This document shows, piece after piece, positions 39,101 to 47,973 of a stretch of DNA of 64,000 nucleotides. The notes beneath the pieces were generated by a model, which did no database searches, was not told the DNA's origin, and worked only from the letters and a program-made list of their open reading frames with translations. The translations under genes were made by a program, and so were the position numbers. The stretch is taken from the NCBI GenBank assembly GCA_038230375.1, contig JBBRNJ010000001.1, positions 232,929 to 296,928 of the forward strand. Reading direction: 5' to 3'. This DNA is from Polyangiales bacterium (GTDB lineage Bacteria; Myxococcota_A; Polyangia; Polyangiales; Polyangiaceae). Positions within the stretch are counted from its first letter, which is position 1. Each line of letters starts with the position of its first letter.

Positions 39101-42100
39101 GCCATCGTCCTCTCCGAGGAGCTCGGTGAGCTCGCCGAGTCGATCGCTGCATGGCGCGACTTCGAGACGGAGTTCAGCGAGACGGACGAATCAACCGAGG
39201 CGCTGCGCCTGCTCTATCGACGTACGAGCCAGTGGCCGGAGCTCTGCACGCTGCTCTATCGCGCCAGTGGTCGTACGGAGGATCCGTTCCAGGCGTCGAG
39301 CCTGCTCCGCGAGCTCGGCGATCTTCGCCGCGAGCACCTGAACGACGCAGGGATGGCGATCCAGGCATACGAGAACGCACTGCGCGCCGACTCCGCGAAC
39401 GAAGGCTCGCGCGCCGGTCTCATTGCGCTCATCGAGCAGGGCGAGCAGAAGAAGGACGCAGTGCGCGTGCTCCTCGCCAGCTACCGCGCCACGGAGGACC
39501 TCCTTGGCGTGCACTCGCTCACCGAGCCCCGCCTCTCCGTGTCCGTCAACAAGGAAGATCGCGTCGAGATCCTCCGCGAGGCGGCGCAGATCTCGGAGGC
39601 GCAGAAGGAAGACAAGCAAGCGGCCTTCGAGCTCCTCACGCGTGCATTCCGCGCCGACCCGGCGAACCGCCCGAGCGAGGACGACCTCTACCGGCTCTCG
39701 AAGGACCTCGCCAACGAGAGCGCCCTGGCGGCTCTGCTCTCCCAGGTGACGGGTGACTTCGACTCTGCAGGCGAGGCGCCCGCGTTCCTCTCGGGCGTCC
39801 GCTTCCGCATGGCGACGCTTCTGGAGAAGACGCTGGGCCAGGATCAGGCCGCGCTCGCCGCGTACGTGCGCGTGTGCGAAGGCGCCCCGGGCGATCTGGA
39901 GGCCGCCCGCGCGACCATCCGCGTCGCCGGCCGTGTGGGCGACTGGACCGCCGCTGCCCGTGCGCTGTCGGAGTATTCGCGTTCGTTCGGCGCGCTGGAG
40001 CAGAGCCTGGCCGGAACCTTCGAGGAAGCCGCCACGCTCGCACATGGCTGGGACGCCGCGACCCGCGCCCTCACCGAGCACGTCGCACGCGAGAAGGAGA
40101 CTCTGGGCAGCGCGATCCTGCGCGACATGGAAGCGAGCATCGCTGGATGGCACCGCGATCGTCGCGGGGATCCGGACGCAGCCGAGGCCGCCTACACGCG
40201 GGCGCTTGCGCACGACCCGCTCAACGCGGAGCTCCTTGCCGCGCTCGCGCAGCTTCAACGGCGCGCGAAGGGTCGCCCGCTCGTGGAGAGCCTTCTCCGC
40301 CTTTCGCAGGCCACGGGCGGCGATCTGGATCTCCTGGCCGAGGCCGCGGACATCGCGCTCCACAACGTGCTGGATCGCGCGCTCGCAAAGTCCATCTTCG
40401 ACAAGCTGCTGAAGCTGGCCACGGAGCGCTGGCAGAAGGCCGGGCCGGAGAGCGTGAGCGCGGGAACCCCGGGCTCGCCGAGCACCTTCGTGGACCGTGC
40501 ATGCAAGTCGCTCGTGGCCATCTACGACGACGAAGGCGACGTCGAGCGCGTCGCCACGCTCCTCATAGAGACCGCCAAGCTCCCCTTCCCGCGCGAAGCC
40601 ACGCGCGAGATGCGCATGCGCGCCGCAGAGATCTCCAGCACGCGCCTCCTCGATCCCGAGCGCGCGATCGCGATCTACCTCGTCCTGTTCGACGAGGACC
40701 GCCGCGACGACGAGGTCATCAAGAAGCTCTCCGGGCTGTACGAGTCCACCGGTCGCAAGGACGAGCTCATTGGTCTGCGCCTGCAGCAGATCGCCGCGAG
40801 CGAGTCCGAGGACTCCAAGCTCTCGCTCCGCATCGACGTGAGCTCCATCCAGTACTCGCTGGGCAACGTGGCGGACGTCATCACTACGCTGCGCGAGAAC
40901 CTGACTCAGTATCCGCGACACGAGCGCACCATCACGCGCCTGGCCGAGATCTACGATCGCGAGGCCCGCGACGTGGAGCTGGAAGCCTTCTACGCAGAGC
41001 AGGCCGACGCCGCCGAGACCGCGGCCGACATCGACACCGCGACCAAATATTACCTGCAAGCTGCACGCGTTGCGGAGACCAAGCGCAAGGACCTCCGCGC
41101 TGCCACCGCGCACCTTCGTCGTGTGATCGGCATGGGCGCATCCCGCGAGGCGCTCGAGGCGCTCGCCCGTATCGCGATGACCCTTGGCGCGCCCCTTGAC
41201 GCCGCGGGCTACCTCGATCGCCTGCGCGAGCTCGCGCTCGAGGACGAGCGCCCCGACGTCACGCTCAAGCTCGCAGATGCGTTCCTCTCAGCGGGTGATG
41301 TTGAGAACGCGAAGGCCCGGCTCGAGGACGAGATCGGTCGCTCGCCCGCCGCAGACGCGGTTCGAACGCGGCTCGTGTCCATCTACAAGGCGCAAAAGGC
41401 GTGGAAGGGCCTGGCCGACCTGTTGATCGGCGGCGCCCAGCACGCCCACGACAAGACCACGAAGCTCTTGCGCCTGCGCGAAGCCGCCGAGCTGCTCGTC
41501 AGCAGGTGCAACGCGCCCGATGCGGCGATCCCGCTCCTGGAGAGCGCGCGCGATCTGGATCCCGATGACCGAACCATCCAGCTCGCCCTGGCAGATGCGC
41601 TCGGCGCTGCGAAGCGCTTCGATGATGCGCGCACCCTCCTTCGCGGGATGATCGATGCCTTCTCGGGTCGCCGTCCCAAGGAGCGCGCTCCGGTCCACTA
41701 CCACCTTGCGCGCCTGGATCTCGCGATCGGAGATCGCGCGCGCGCCCTCGTCGAGCTCGACGCTGCGACCAAGATCGATCCTGCAAACCCGGAGATCCTG
41801 CGTGCCCTTTCCGAGCTCGCGCGCGACGACGGACAGCTGGACCGCGCCGAGCGCTCCTACCGCGCACTGCTCACCGTGCTGCGCCGCCAGGACGACACGA
41901 AGGAGGACCCGCCGATCGTCAAGACGGAGGTCCTGCTCGAGCTTGCGCAGATCGCGGAGCGACAGGGCGAGACCGAACGCGCCAAGGAGATCACCGAGAG
42001 CGCCATGGAGATGGCCACGGAGAGCGAAAACGAGTCGAAGCGGCTCGAGGCCATGCTTCGTGCCCGCGGCGACCATGTGCATTTCTCACGCGCAATGGAG

Positions 42101-45100
42101 CGTCGCCTCGCCAAGTCCAAGGAGGACAGCGCGTACGCGGAGAACCTGTCCGAGCTCGCGGACATCTACGAGACCCACCTGGGCAAGCCCGACGACGCAA
42201 CGGCCGCGCGGCTGCGCGCGGTGCGGATTGCGCCCTACGCCGGCAACATCCACGAGAAGACACGCGCAGCCATGAAGGCGCGCGGCGCGCTCGGCGCGTA
42301 CGTGGATCTCCTTTCCGACCTCGCCGGAGCCGCAGAGGACAACGGACAGGCGGAGCTCGCTGCGGGCCTGCTCGCGCGCAAGGCCGTGGTCCTGGACGAA
42401 GATCTCGACGAGCCGAAGCAGGCAGTGCGCATCTACGAAGCCGCGCTCATGCTGAAGAGCGACATGCCCGAGGTGCTCGCGGCGCTCGGGCACATCTTCG
42501 GTCGCATCGGTGACACGGAGGGTCAGGCACGCATCCTGTCCTCGTTCGTGGACTCCGAGCGCACACAGGGTCGCGTGCCCAGCGACGCGCTCTACCGCCT
42601 GGCGGCCCTGCGCCTGGCGAGTGAAGAGACCGTGACGGAGGGCGTCACTGCCCTCGAGCAAGCCTTCGCCGATGCACCCGACGCGGACCGGGCCATCGGC
42701 ATCCTGCGGATTGCGTCCGACAAGATGCCCGCGAACGAGAACATCGTCGACCTGTACGAGCGCATTGCCAAGCAGCGTGGAGACCGGCGCGGGCTCGTGG
42801 ACGCCCTTGCGCGGCGGTGGGCGGCAGGCGACGGCGCGGTTGGCGCGCTACGCGAGGCGTACGACGTTGCCACGGACCTCCTGGACACGGACCTCGCAGA
42901 GTCACTCTTGCGACGCTTCCTGGAGCGCGGCACGGAGGATCTGGTCGCGCGCGCGTGGGCGCTCACGAACCTCTCCATCATGCGAGAGCAGAGCAAGGAC
43001 TACGCGGAGTCAGTGCTTCTGCGCCGCGAGGCTGCGGAGGTCTCCGACCCCGGCGAGGCGCGCGCGCTGCTCTTCGAGGTGACGGTGCTTGCGGAAGAGA
43101 AGCTCAAGGACATCCACCTGGCTGCCACGGTGCTCGAAGATCTGCACCAGCGCGACACGACCGACCGTGACGCGTGGGCGCCGCTACTCCTCATCTACCG
43201 CAAGCGCGGCGATCACGAGAAGCTCGCCAACCTGCTCGGTGAGGTCGTTGCGTTCGCGGAGGACACCACGGAGCGGACCAACATGCGCCTGGAGCGCGTG
43301 AAGATCGGCATGGACAAGCTGGGCCTCGCCGACCTTGCGCTGCCGCAGCTGCAAGAGATCCTGGACGAGGACCCGGGCCACGCCGAGGCCGCGATGATGC
43401 TCGGCGGCCTGCTCGAGAAGGGCGGGCGCGACGCGGACCTGGTCACCCTCTACGAGAAGCAGCTCGACGCCGCGAAGGACAAGGAGAACGCGCCTGCCAT
43501 CATCACCATCTCGCAGAAGCTCGGCGCCCTGCTGGAGAAGCGCGATCGGGACGCGGCGAAGAGCGTGTATTATGCATGTCTCGACTGGGCCGCCGACAAC
43601 ATCGAAGTGGTGCGGGCGCTCGTGCGCATGCACACCGATGGGGGCGCGGCCGAGGTGCAAGAGCGCGCGGACATGACGGAGCGATTGCTCGGCCTGGCGA
43701 CAGGCGACGAGGCCGAGGCCACCGCGCTGTCACTCACGGACCTGCGCACGCAGCTTGGCGATCCGGCGGCGGCGACCCGCGCACTCGAGACGGGCTTCAC
43801 GAAGGCGGGCGCGAGCCCAGCTCTCTTCTCCCGACTGGAGGCGCTCTACAAGGAGAAGGGTGAGCCCGCGAAGCTGGCAGAGCTCTACCTCACCGACGCG
43901 TCCAAGAAAGAAGACGACCCCGTGTCGCGCGTGGAGCGTCTGCACCTGGCGGCTCGCCTCTACCTGGACCAGGTCGGCGACGCGGCGCGGGGCGCACAGA
44001 TCCTGTCCGAGGCGCGCGTCATTGCCCCCACCGATCCCGCGCTGCTCGCAGAGCTTGTGACGGCGCTCACCGCCGCGGGCGATCTGGCTCGCGCCATCGC
44101 GGAGCTGGGCACGGCGATTGACGCATTGGCCGTGGGTGAGGAGCAGCGAACCGCGCTGGTCGCTCAGCGTGCGCTGCTACACCGCGACAAGGGTGACCTG
44201 GCAGCCGCCCTCATCGACTTTGACGAGGCAGCCGCGAACGGGACGCCCGATCGCAAGGAGGCACTCGTAGACCACGTGAAGGCGATGAGTGCTGCCGCTG
44301 GGGCCGACAACTCTCCGGCCACGCGCGAGCTCCGGCTGCGGCTCGCCGCGCTGCTCCGTGAAGCGAACGACGTCGAGGGGGCGCGCGCTGCGCTGACCGA
44401 GCTGCTTCGTACGGACTCGCGCGACAAGGTCGTGCTCCGCGTCGCAGGCAGGCTCGAAGAGGAGATGTCGCAGTGGAACGCGGCCATCGCCGTCTACCGC
44501 CGCCTGGTGGGCTTCGAGGACCCCGAGTACATCGCGGACACTGCGAAGCGACTGCTCTTCTGCTGCGAGCAAGCAGGCCGCGTGGCCGACGCGCGCGGTG
44601 GCCTCGAGCGTGCGCGCATTGCAGTGCCCGACAACAAGGAGCTGCGTGCGGCGCTCGAGAAGGTCTACGAGGCGACAGGCGCCATCGCCGAGCTCGCGGG
44701 CCTTGCACTGGACGAGGCGCAGACCACCGGTGACGTGGGCGGAAAGTTCGCGCTTCTCGTGCGGGCGGGCTCGCTGTTCGTGCAGGATGCACAGACCACG
44801 GAGCGCGCCATCGCTCCGCTCGAAGAGGCGCGCTCACTGCGCCCAGGCGACCTCGACTGCGTGGCGATCCTGGCAGACGCGTACACGGCCACCGGCAAGC
44901 TGCCGGAGGCCATGGCGGTGCTCACCGCATGCGTGGCCACGTTCAAGGGTCGCCGCGCGCGTGAGCTCTCCGCCATTTACCATCGCATCGCGCGCGTGGC
45001 GGAGGCGCAAGGCGACCGCGACGCCGAGCTCGCGAACCTCACGCTCGCGCTCGACGTGGATGCACAGAACGGCGTGGCCGCATCCGAGCTCGCGTACATA

Positions 45101-45331
45101 GCCATGGAGCTATCGCAGTGGGAGCTGGCAACACGCGCGCTCCGCGCAGTCACCATGCTGAAGACACCCGCGCCGCTCTCGAAGGCGCTCGCATACCAGC
45201 ACCTGGGCGAGATCGCGCGCCAGCAAGGCGACATCAAGAAGGCGCTCGTGCTCGTGAAGCGCGCCGTGGACGAGGACAACACGCTCGCCAGCGCCAAAGA
45301 GCTACTCGAAACCTGGAAGGCCGAGGTCTAG
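33197..45331 (+). CDS. Giant TPR-repeat protein (~4,044 aa), resembling myxobacterial AgmK/GltI-type gliding proteins
   Basis: Uninterrupted ORF with dozens of A..Y..AL..DP....A...LE.LY repeats; ATG 33197 inferred. Confidence 0.85.
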   Translation: MQPPQNPKPRAGSPAALPTFDAPLQAEEDILEQLVTALSRGQLPEDTWGRLHEAARRDDRLSELAFAYESVSQGKRIKTLLPAALAEFYFRAAQFFGDVFGDDVGATAYLERAIVAAPNHQGAFDALDTLFTNADANKKLADLCASVAPHKPKSDQAVLWKRAAILYERAQMDDKAIEMYQALLRAEPSSATARDALEARYVHANRYRDVARLLETTLAADPDPDPEDALKVRGRLIDVYANQLQEPERTIGHVEAVLAADPTHEGALRMGERLLTVKALAARAAAALGGAVIAMGRAEDAIPYIEVELENIRGPKRKEPLKRLGFIKKDTLDDKPGAYESFEAVLGIDPSDDEVRQAFFDLAVELSKASDAARTLGRVLTMAKDAPARSKISAEMADLLRISGDAKRARATHAGVIALAGAAPEALLRSARALAELFEAEGDQRALAEMLEKVGGLSADPEERLRTNERLAELATGPLADTTKAIAAWRNLVDSTARPRALAALEPLYTQAENWAELAFVLGERSKDATDEDESRELAMRAADMFAQKTPEKERATGILLDLLGRLGPNREVNARLAPLLEAQKRWDDLAMILQAEARLGDDREGALSLARLGAVRATRLSDVPGSITAYREALDRDPSEKTSRAALERLLTSNDHKMDVADVLEPVYRADLLRGDTHATNGLLKILELRADSQAIVSDRLEALGEAVSIAEKVSPERALELAGRALLEAVASDEAVEQWLHRTVAVAERGVEPKRLAAVLSAAIGVKAIETPQELMVVTRAAEAHAAAGEVGPALTLYRKALAFAPQSADLVSRVDELLQEQGNPQERVTLYRHALEQGVEPARRKQLLVAIGTIERSELGNKPAAVQAFRAVLGQDPADRAAYKALTELYAELEQWETLCDLYEDHLEHADEDDGRITRADLALTSALHDQTDRAIMHAFALLKDPQLDDAGFGTVAKVADHLKDAELQRAVLERVVAVGSDPLDRIDALERLGDLALTRNTPERGRAQAMEHWKQAADTALGMSQDARARELFERAQKLEPNDLEIARALVAILSRYEEWAEILPLYDVLLAHAPSPRAKVDLLVTVVGIREERLSDPAGALDSAALAFSLAPTDHNVLLMFERVAGQASALARFAKELDQALDHGLDAHTASEVRLAKARVLARDPQFRDAVIETYRRILETPGTDDSRVEAAATALEEMLDTPKAGLEKSTRRWLSEWKVGRAAEDAKAAALLTWGAVEETVLGDARRALDVYRRALSLDPQNVDATAAIARLSIAQGDVDGAVVALVAQRELLEGSAKSGVELELATILLDRQERAQEAMAYVADVVERSPGDTRALGLAARLLGHRDTRARAVEVLERALDGAEDPEARASILEKLVGSEVVVAEDTRFEWYERLISLRKEGGKNADAFTAVLAAARAMPTRMTLWDQAEELARQLESPDPVAELYEHALSVVEDRAQALEFGQRAVAFYEEWYEASDRVVTILKRVLEIDPSDLWAFDRLKLVFDAGERWNDLFELYDRAIAAAADDATKVQLLEDVAQIAKDFANSADRSISYFEQLLALKPGNVRLSAALERLYEKNSRPRELIALLSARIADLEPVAAQEARAKIAKIWLDDVGDATSALGVVEDIVLRSQDAESKDAKVDVIALLERTLAVAPIQAEAASADSLQPARTESAPGQARRESLPPMVSPKRPLVRQRAAALLKEKYAVQGREADLARMLEVELEAIKSPKERIRRHLQLAEVYEVLAQDERALAHRIDLVLLDPESEEYQSKLAALSRSLGKLEEYAAVLVKAGEATDSEELRVDMFMRAAAVLAERVEDRDRAIELMFRVLGTPQITEGRLLEACRFIEPLLFAAERKHERLEVLERLSVLESDFTVKAKVLGEAARLATELGDFDRGIWAWEGRLEIEQNDVEALSGLVDLFERTTKWREMILARKRRAAADVPEAEKRADRMRVAIVLSEELGELAESIAAWRDFETEFSETDESTEALRLLYRRTSQWPELCTLLYRASGRTEDPFQASSLLRELGDLRREHLNDAGMAIQAYENALRADSANEGSRAGLIALIEQGEQKKDAVRVLLASYRATEDLLGVHSLTEPRLSVSVNKEDRVEILREAAQISEAQKEDKQAAFELLTRAFRADPANRPSEDDLYRLSKDLANESALAALLSQVTGDFDSAGEAPAFLSGVRFRMATLLEKTLGQDQAALAAYVRVCEGAPGDLEAARATIRVAGRVGDWTAAARALSEYSRSFGALEQSLAGTFEEAATLAHGWDAATRALTEHVAREKETLGSAILRDMEASIAGWHRDRRGDPDAAEAAYTRALAHDPLNAELLAALAQLQRRAKGRPLVESLLRLSQATGGDLDLLAEAADIALHNVLDRALAKSIFDKLLKLATERWQKAGPESVSAGTPGSPSTFVDRACKSLVAIYDDEGDVERVATLLIETAKLPFPREATREMRMRAAEISSTRLLDPERAIAIYLVLFDEDRRDDEVIKKLSGLYESTGRKDELIGLRLQQIAASESEDSKLSLRIDVSSIQYSLGNVADVITTLRENLTQYPRHERTITRLAEIYDREARDVELEAFYAEQADAAETAADIDTATKYYLQAARVAETKRKDLRAATAHLRRVIGMGASREALEALARIAMTLGAPLDAAGYLDRLRELALEDERPDVTLKLADAFLSAGDVENAKARLEDEIGRSPAADAVRTRLVSIYKAQKAWKGLADLLIGGAQHAHDKTTKLLRLREAAELLVSRCNAPDAAIPLLESARDLDPDDRTIQLALADALGAAKRFDDARTLLRGMIDAFSGRRPKERAPVHYHLARLDLAIGDRARALVELDAATKIDPANPEILRALSELARDDGQLDRAERSYRALLTVLRRQDDTKEDPPIVKTEVLLELAQIAERQGETERAKEITESAMEMATESENESKRLEAMLRARGDHVHFSRAMERRLAKSKEDSAYAENLSELADIYETHLGKPDDATAARLRAVRIAPYAGNIHEKTRAAMKARGALGAYVDLLSDLAGAAEDNGQAELAAGLLARKAVVLDEDLDEPKQAVRIYEAALMLKSDMPEVLAALGHIFGRIGDTEGQARILSSFVDSERTQGRVPSDALYRLAALRLASEETVTEGVTALEQAFADAPDADRAIGILRIASDKMPANENIVDLYERIAKQRGDRRGLVDALARRWAAGDGAVGALREAYDVATDLLDTDLAESLLRRFLERGTEDLVARAWALTNLSIMREQSKDYAESVLLRREAAEVSDPGEARALLFEVTVLAEEKLKDIHLAATVLEDLHQRDTTDRDAWAPLLLIYRKRGDHEKLANLLGEVVAFAEDTTERTNMRLERVKIGMDKLGLADLALPQLQEILDEDPGHAEAAMMLGGLLEKGGRDADLVTLYEKQLDAAKDKENAPAIITISQKLGALLEKRDRDAAKSVYYACLDWAADNIEVVRALVRMHTDGGAAEVQERADMTERLLGLATGDEAEATALSLTDLRTQLGDPAAATRALETGFTKAGASPALFSRLEALYKEKGEPAKLAELYLTDASKKEDDPVSRVERLHLAARLYLDQVGDAARGAQILSEARVIAPTDPALLAELVTALTAAGDLARAIAELGTAIDALAVGEEQRTALVAQRALLHRDKGDLAAALIDFDEAAANGTPDRKEALVDHVKAMSAAAGADNSPATRELRLRLAALLREANDVEGARAALTELLRTDSRDKVVLRVAGRLEEEMSQWNAAIAVYRRLVGFEDPEYIADTAKRLLFCCEQAGRVADARGGLERARIAVPDNKELRAALEKVYEATGAIAELAGLALDEAQTTGDVGGKFALLVRAGSLFVQDAQTTERAIAPLEEARSLRPGDLDCVAILADAYTATGKLPEAMAVLTACVATFKGRRARELSAIYHRIARVAEAQGDRDAELANLTLALDVDAQNGVAASELAYIAMELSQWELATRALRAVTMLKTPAPLSKALAYQHLGEIARQQGDIKKALVLVKRAVDEDNTLASAKELLETWKAEV

Positions 45332-45347
45332 GTCCGCTCCAGGTCCG

Positions 45348-46646
45348 CTAGGGCCTGTAGGTCAGGCCGGCGTAGCCGTAAACGCCTTCGTCCAGGGGTT
45401 GTCCTTGGAGGTAGCCCGCGCTCTTGTAGGCGAGCTTGCCCATTGCGCCGAAGCCGGCGCCAATGCTCACCGCGCCCGTGACGCCGCCGCTTGCGCCGAA
45501 CACCTGCGGTCGCACGTAGGCGTTCCGTACGTCGAGGAGCGTCTCGGGCTGGCTCCAGAGATCCAGCTCCGCGCCAAGGCGCACGCGGCGTGAGACCGCC
45601 ACATCCGTGAGGTGAACGCCGCCGCCCGTGTACGACGCGAGGCCACTGGAGCCGACGCGGCCGTAGACGTCCAGGAGCGCGCCACCCCTGGCCATGAAGA
45701 CGTCGATGTAGTGCTCTGCGCCGAACGGGCTCAGGTTGAAGCGCGGCGCGGCGTAGACCGTCGCGCCGAGGATGTGCGGAAGAGGCGCCTGGACGTAGCG
45801 ATCGCCCAGCACCACGCGGCGTACGGTCGCATAGGCAGCGAGCCCCAGCGTTGGGTCCATGAAGTTCCAGATATATGCAGTCTGCAACCTTTTTGCGATC
45901 GCGGTGCGTTCCTCCGGCCGGAATCGATTGAAGCGGTCCGCGAGCAGCGTCACGTAGCTGGAGACGTCGTTGCCTCCGTCGAAGCCGGTCTTCGACAGGA
46001 CACGGGGGTCGTAGACCGAGGAGGAGTAGACGAGCTTGCCGAAGTACGCGAGCAGGTCCGCGTGATGCACCACCCCGTCGTGCTTCACCATGTCCGCCTG
46101 GACCAGGTGCGCGGTGCGCAGGTTCGCCTCGATGCCCGCGAGCGACGTCGCAAGATCACGATCCTGCTGCGGTGGATGCGTCGCCTGGAACTGCGTGAAC
46201 GCAGAGTGGTCCGCATGGTCGTCCGGCGAGAAGATCGCGCGATAGGGCTGGGGCAGTGAGAACTGATAGATGGGCTCTAGCCCCAGCTCTCGCCCGCGCG
46301 CGCCGTGACCAAAGACCTCATGCAGCGTGCCGACCTCCGCTTCCACCAGCGGCGCCGCGATGAACACCTCTTCTGCCAGGCGTCCCAGCAAGTTGAGCGC
46401 GAAGGTGGTGTGCGGGCGTCCGCGAACCTTGGCGCTGGGCAGGGCGAGCTCGTACTGGAACGCGAACAGGCTCAGCCTACGGAGCGTGATGATGCCCACG
46501 TCCATCGAGAGCTTCGGATCCGCCGCGACCACGAGCTCCGTAGGGAGCGACAGCTCGGAGGCTTCTCCCGCACGCGCAACGCCTGACGCGGTGCAGAGCG
46601 CGGACACGCCCATGCTGACGATCGCGGCGCGCAGCCACCTAGTCAC
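45348..46646 (-). CDS. Exported protein with an HExxxH motif and a probable C-terminal beta-barrel
   Basis: GTG 46646; signal peptide ending VARA; LHEVFGHG; amphipathic strands ending GVYGYAGLTYRP. Confidence 0.6.
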   Translation of the reverse strand: MTRWLRAAIVSMGVSALCTASGVARAGEASELSLPTELVVAADPKLSMDVGIITLRRLSLFAFQYELALPSAKVRGRPHTTFALNLLGRLAEEVFIAAPLVEAEVGTLHEVFGHGARGRELGLEPIYQFSLPQPYRAIFSPDDHADHSAFTQFQATHPPQQDRDLATSLAGIEANLRTAHLVQADMVKHDGVVHHADLLAYFGKLVYSSSVYDPRVLSKTGFDGGNDVSSYVTLLADRFNRFRPEERTAIAKRLQTAYIWNFMDPTLGLAAYATVRRVVLGDRYVQAPLPHILGATVYAAPRFNLSPFGAEHYIDVFMARGGALLDVYGRVGSSGLASYTGGGVHLTDVAVSRRVRLGAELDLWSQPETLLDVRNAYVRPQVFGASGGVTGAVSIGAGFGAMGKLAYKSAGYLQGQPLDEGVYGYAGLTYRP

Positions 46647-47973
46647 AGGTGACCTCGCGCGAGAGCAGCGTGCTCCCGGACAATCCGAGGATCGAGAAGC
46701 TCGCCGGTGCGTGCACCGAGCGCAGTACGCGACGGCCGGCTGCGGCCTCCAGCGACGTGGCGAGCGCTCCGCCGATGTCGACGTCGCCACCGACCTTTTG
46801 ACCGTCCGCGCCCGCCAGCGCGAAGTACTCGCGCTCACCGGCGACGAAGGCAACGCCGAACGTGCCCTGCCCGCGCGCCACGCCAAGCACGTTCGACGCG
46901 GTGCTGATCCGCGTCGCGGTGCCACCGGCGGAGTAGCGCCCGAGCATGAGGTTCTGGCCCGCGCTGCCCACGTCGTCGAACCCCAGATCACCGAACACGG
47001 CGCCACCATCACCCGACGCGCTGGTACCTGGCGTCTCCAACCATGCGCCATACGGGTCACCGTCGCCGTAGACGAACGCGACCGCCGAGCCCTTGGGCAC
47101 GAAAGGCCCGACCTCGAGCGCGAGATCATCGCGCACCACGTACGAGCCCGTGCTGAGGCGCGCTAGGAGAGTCCCGTTCGACAGCGAAAGGCGTGGGAGC
47201 ACGGCGGCAGAGACGAACCAGCTTGGTACCGGCAGGTGCTCGACCGCGACGCCAAGGGGGTCCATGCGCACCACGCCGCCGAAGGGCTTGGTCTTCCCCT
47301 GCTGCACAGCCGAGTAGAAGATGAACGTGGTGCCGCGCTTGGCGACCGCTGTTGCCTGTATAGTACAATCATCGCAGGCACGCGCGAGCTCGGCGGAGAA
47401 CGAGGTCCCGCCGCTCGAGACCGCATATCGAAGCGCGGCGCCCGTGTGGACCAGGCCGTCTGGGTCGGTATGCGTGCTCTGCTCGACCCAGGAAAAGAGC
47501 ACGGCCTGACCGGTGTAGGTTGCAGCTATCTGCACGGTGCTGCCCGCGCGCGCCTGAAGCTCCATTGGCGCCACGAACGTCTTGCGGATGAATGCGCCGG
47601 GACTGACCGCAGAGACCACGATGTCCACCTTGCTCGGCACGGGCGAAGTGAGCGCGACGGTGCCGAAGCCTCCGAGCCCGCCCGCGCCCGCGCCGGTTTC
47701 CGCGACATCACCAGCCTCCACGCCCGCATCGGCCTCGGGCTTCTTGTACGTGATGAAGCGAAGGACCGTGTCGCCGGCGGGACCTTCGAGGAGCGTGCCC
47801 GAGAGTCCATCCAGGCTCGGGTCGGAGAAGAGCGTCACCTCGTCGGAGAGGCGGCACGGCTCCTTGAAGCGGGAACATCCGAGCTGTGCACCAGGCAGCG
47901 ACCACGCCGTCGCGATGAGCACGATGCAGCCGCACAGGTGAGGCGCCGCACGTCGCAGGCGCAGTGTGTTCAC
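46639..47973 (-). CDS. Exported hypothetical protein / possible lipoprotein, beta-rich
   Basis: GTG 47973 overlaps the gltD stop (GTGA); hydrophobic N-terminus followed by QLGC. Confidence 0.6.
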   Translation of the reverse strand: MNTLRLRRAAPHLCGCIVLIATAWSLPGAQLGCSRFKEPCRLSDEVTLFSDPSLDGLSGTLLEGPAGDTVLRFITYKKPEADAGVEAGDVAETGAGAGGLGGFGTVALTSPVPSKVDIVVSAVSPGAFIRKTFVAPMELQARAGSTVQIAATYTGQAVLFSWVEQSTHTDPDGLVHTGAALRYAVSSGGTSFSAELARACDDCTIQATAVAKRGTTFIFYSAVQQGKTKPFGGVVRMDPLGVAVEHLPVPSWFVSAAVLPRLSLSNGTLLARLSTGSYVVRDDLALEVGPFVPKGSAVAFVYGDGDPYGAWLETPGTSASGDGGAVFGDLGFDDVGSAGQNLMLGRYSAGGTATRISTASNVLGVARGQGTFGVAFVAGEREYFALAGADGQKVGGDVDIGGALATSLEAAAGRRVLRSVHAPASFSILGLSGSTLLSREVTCD

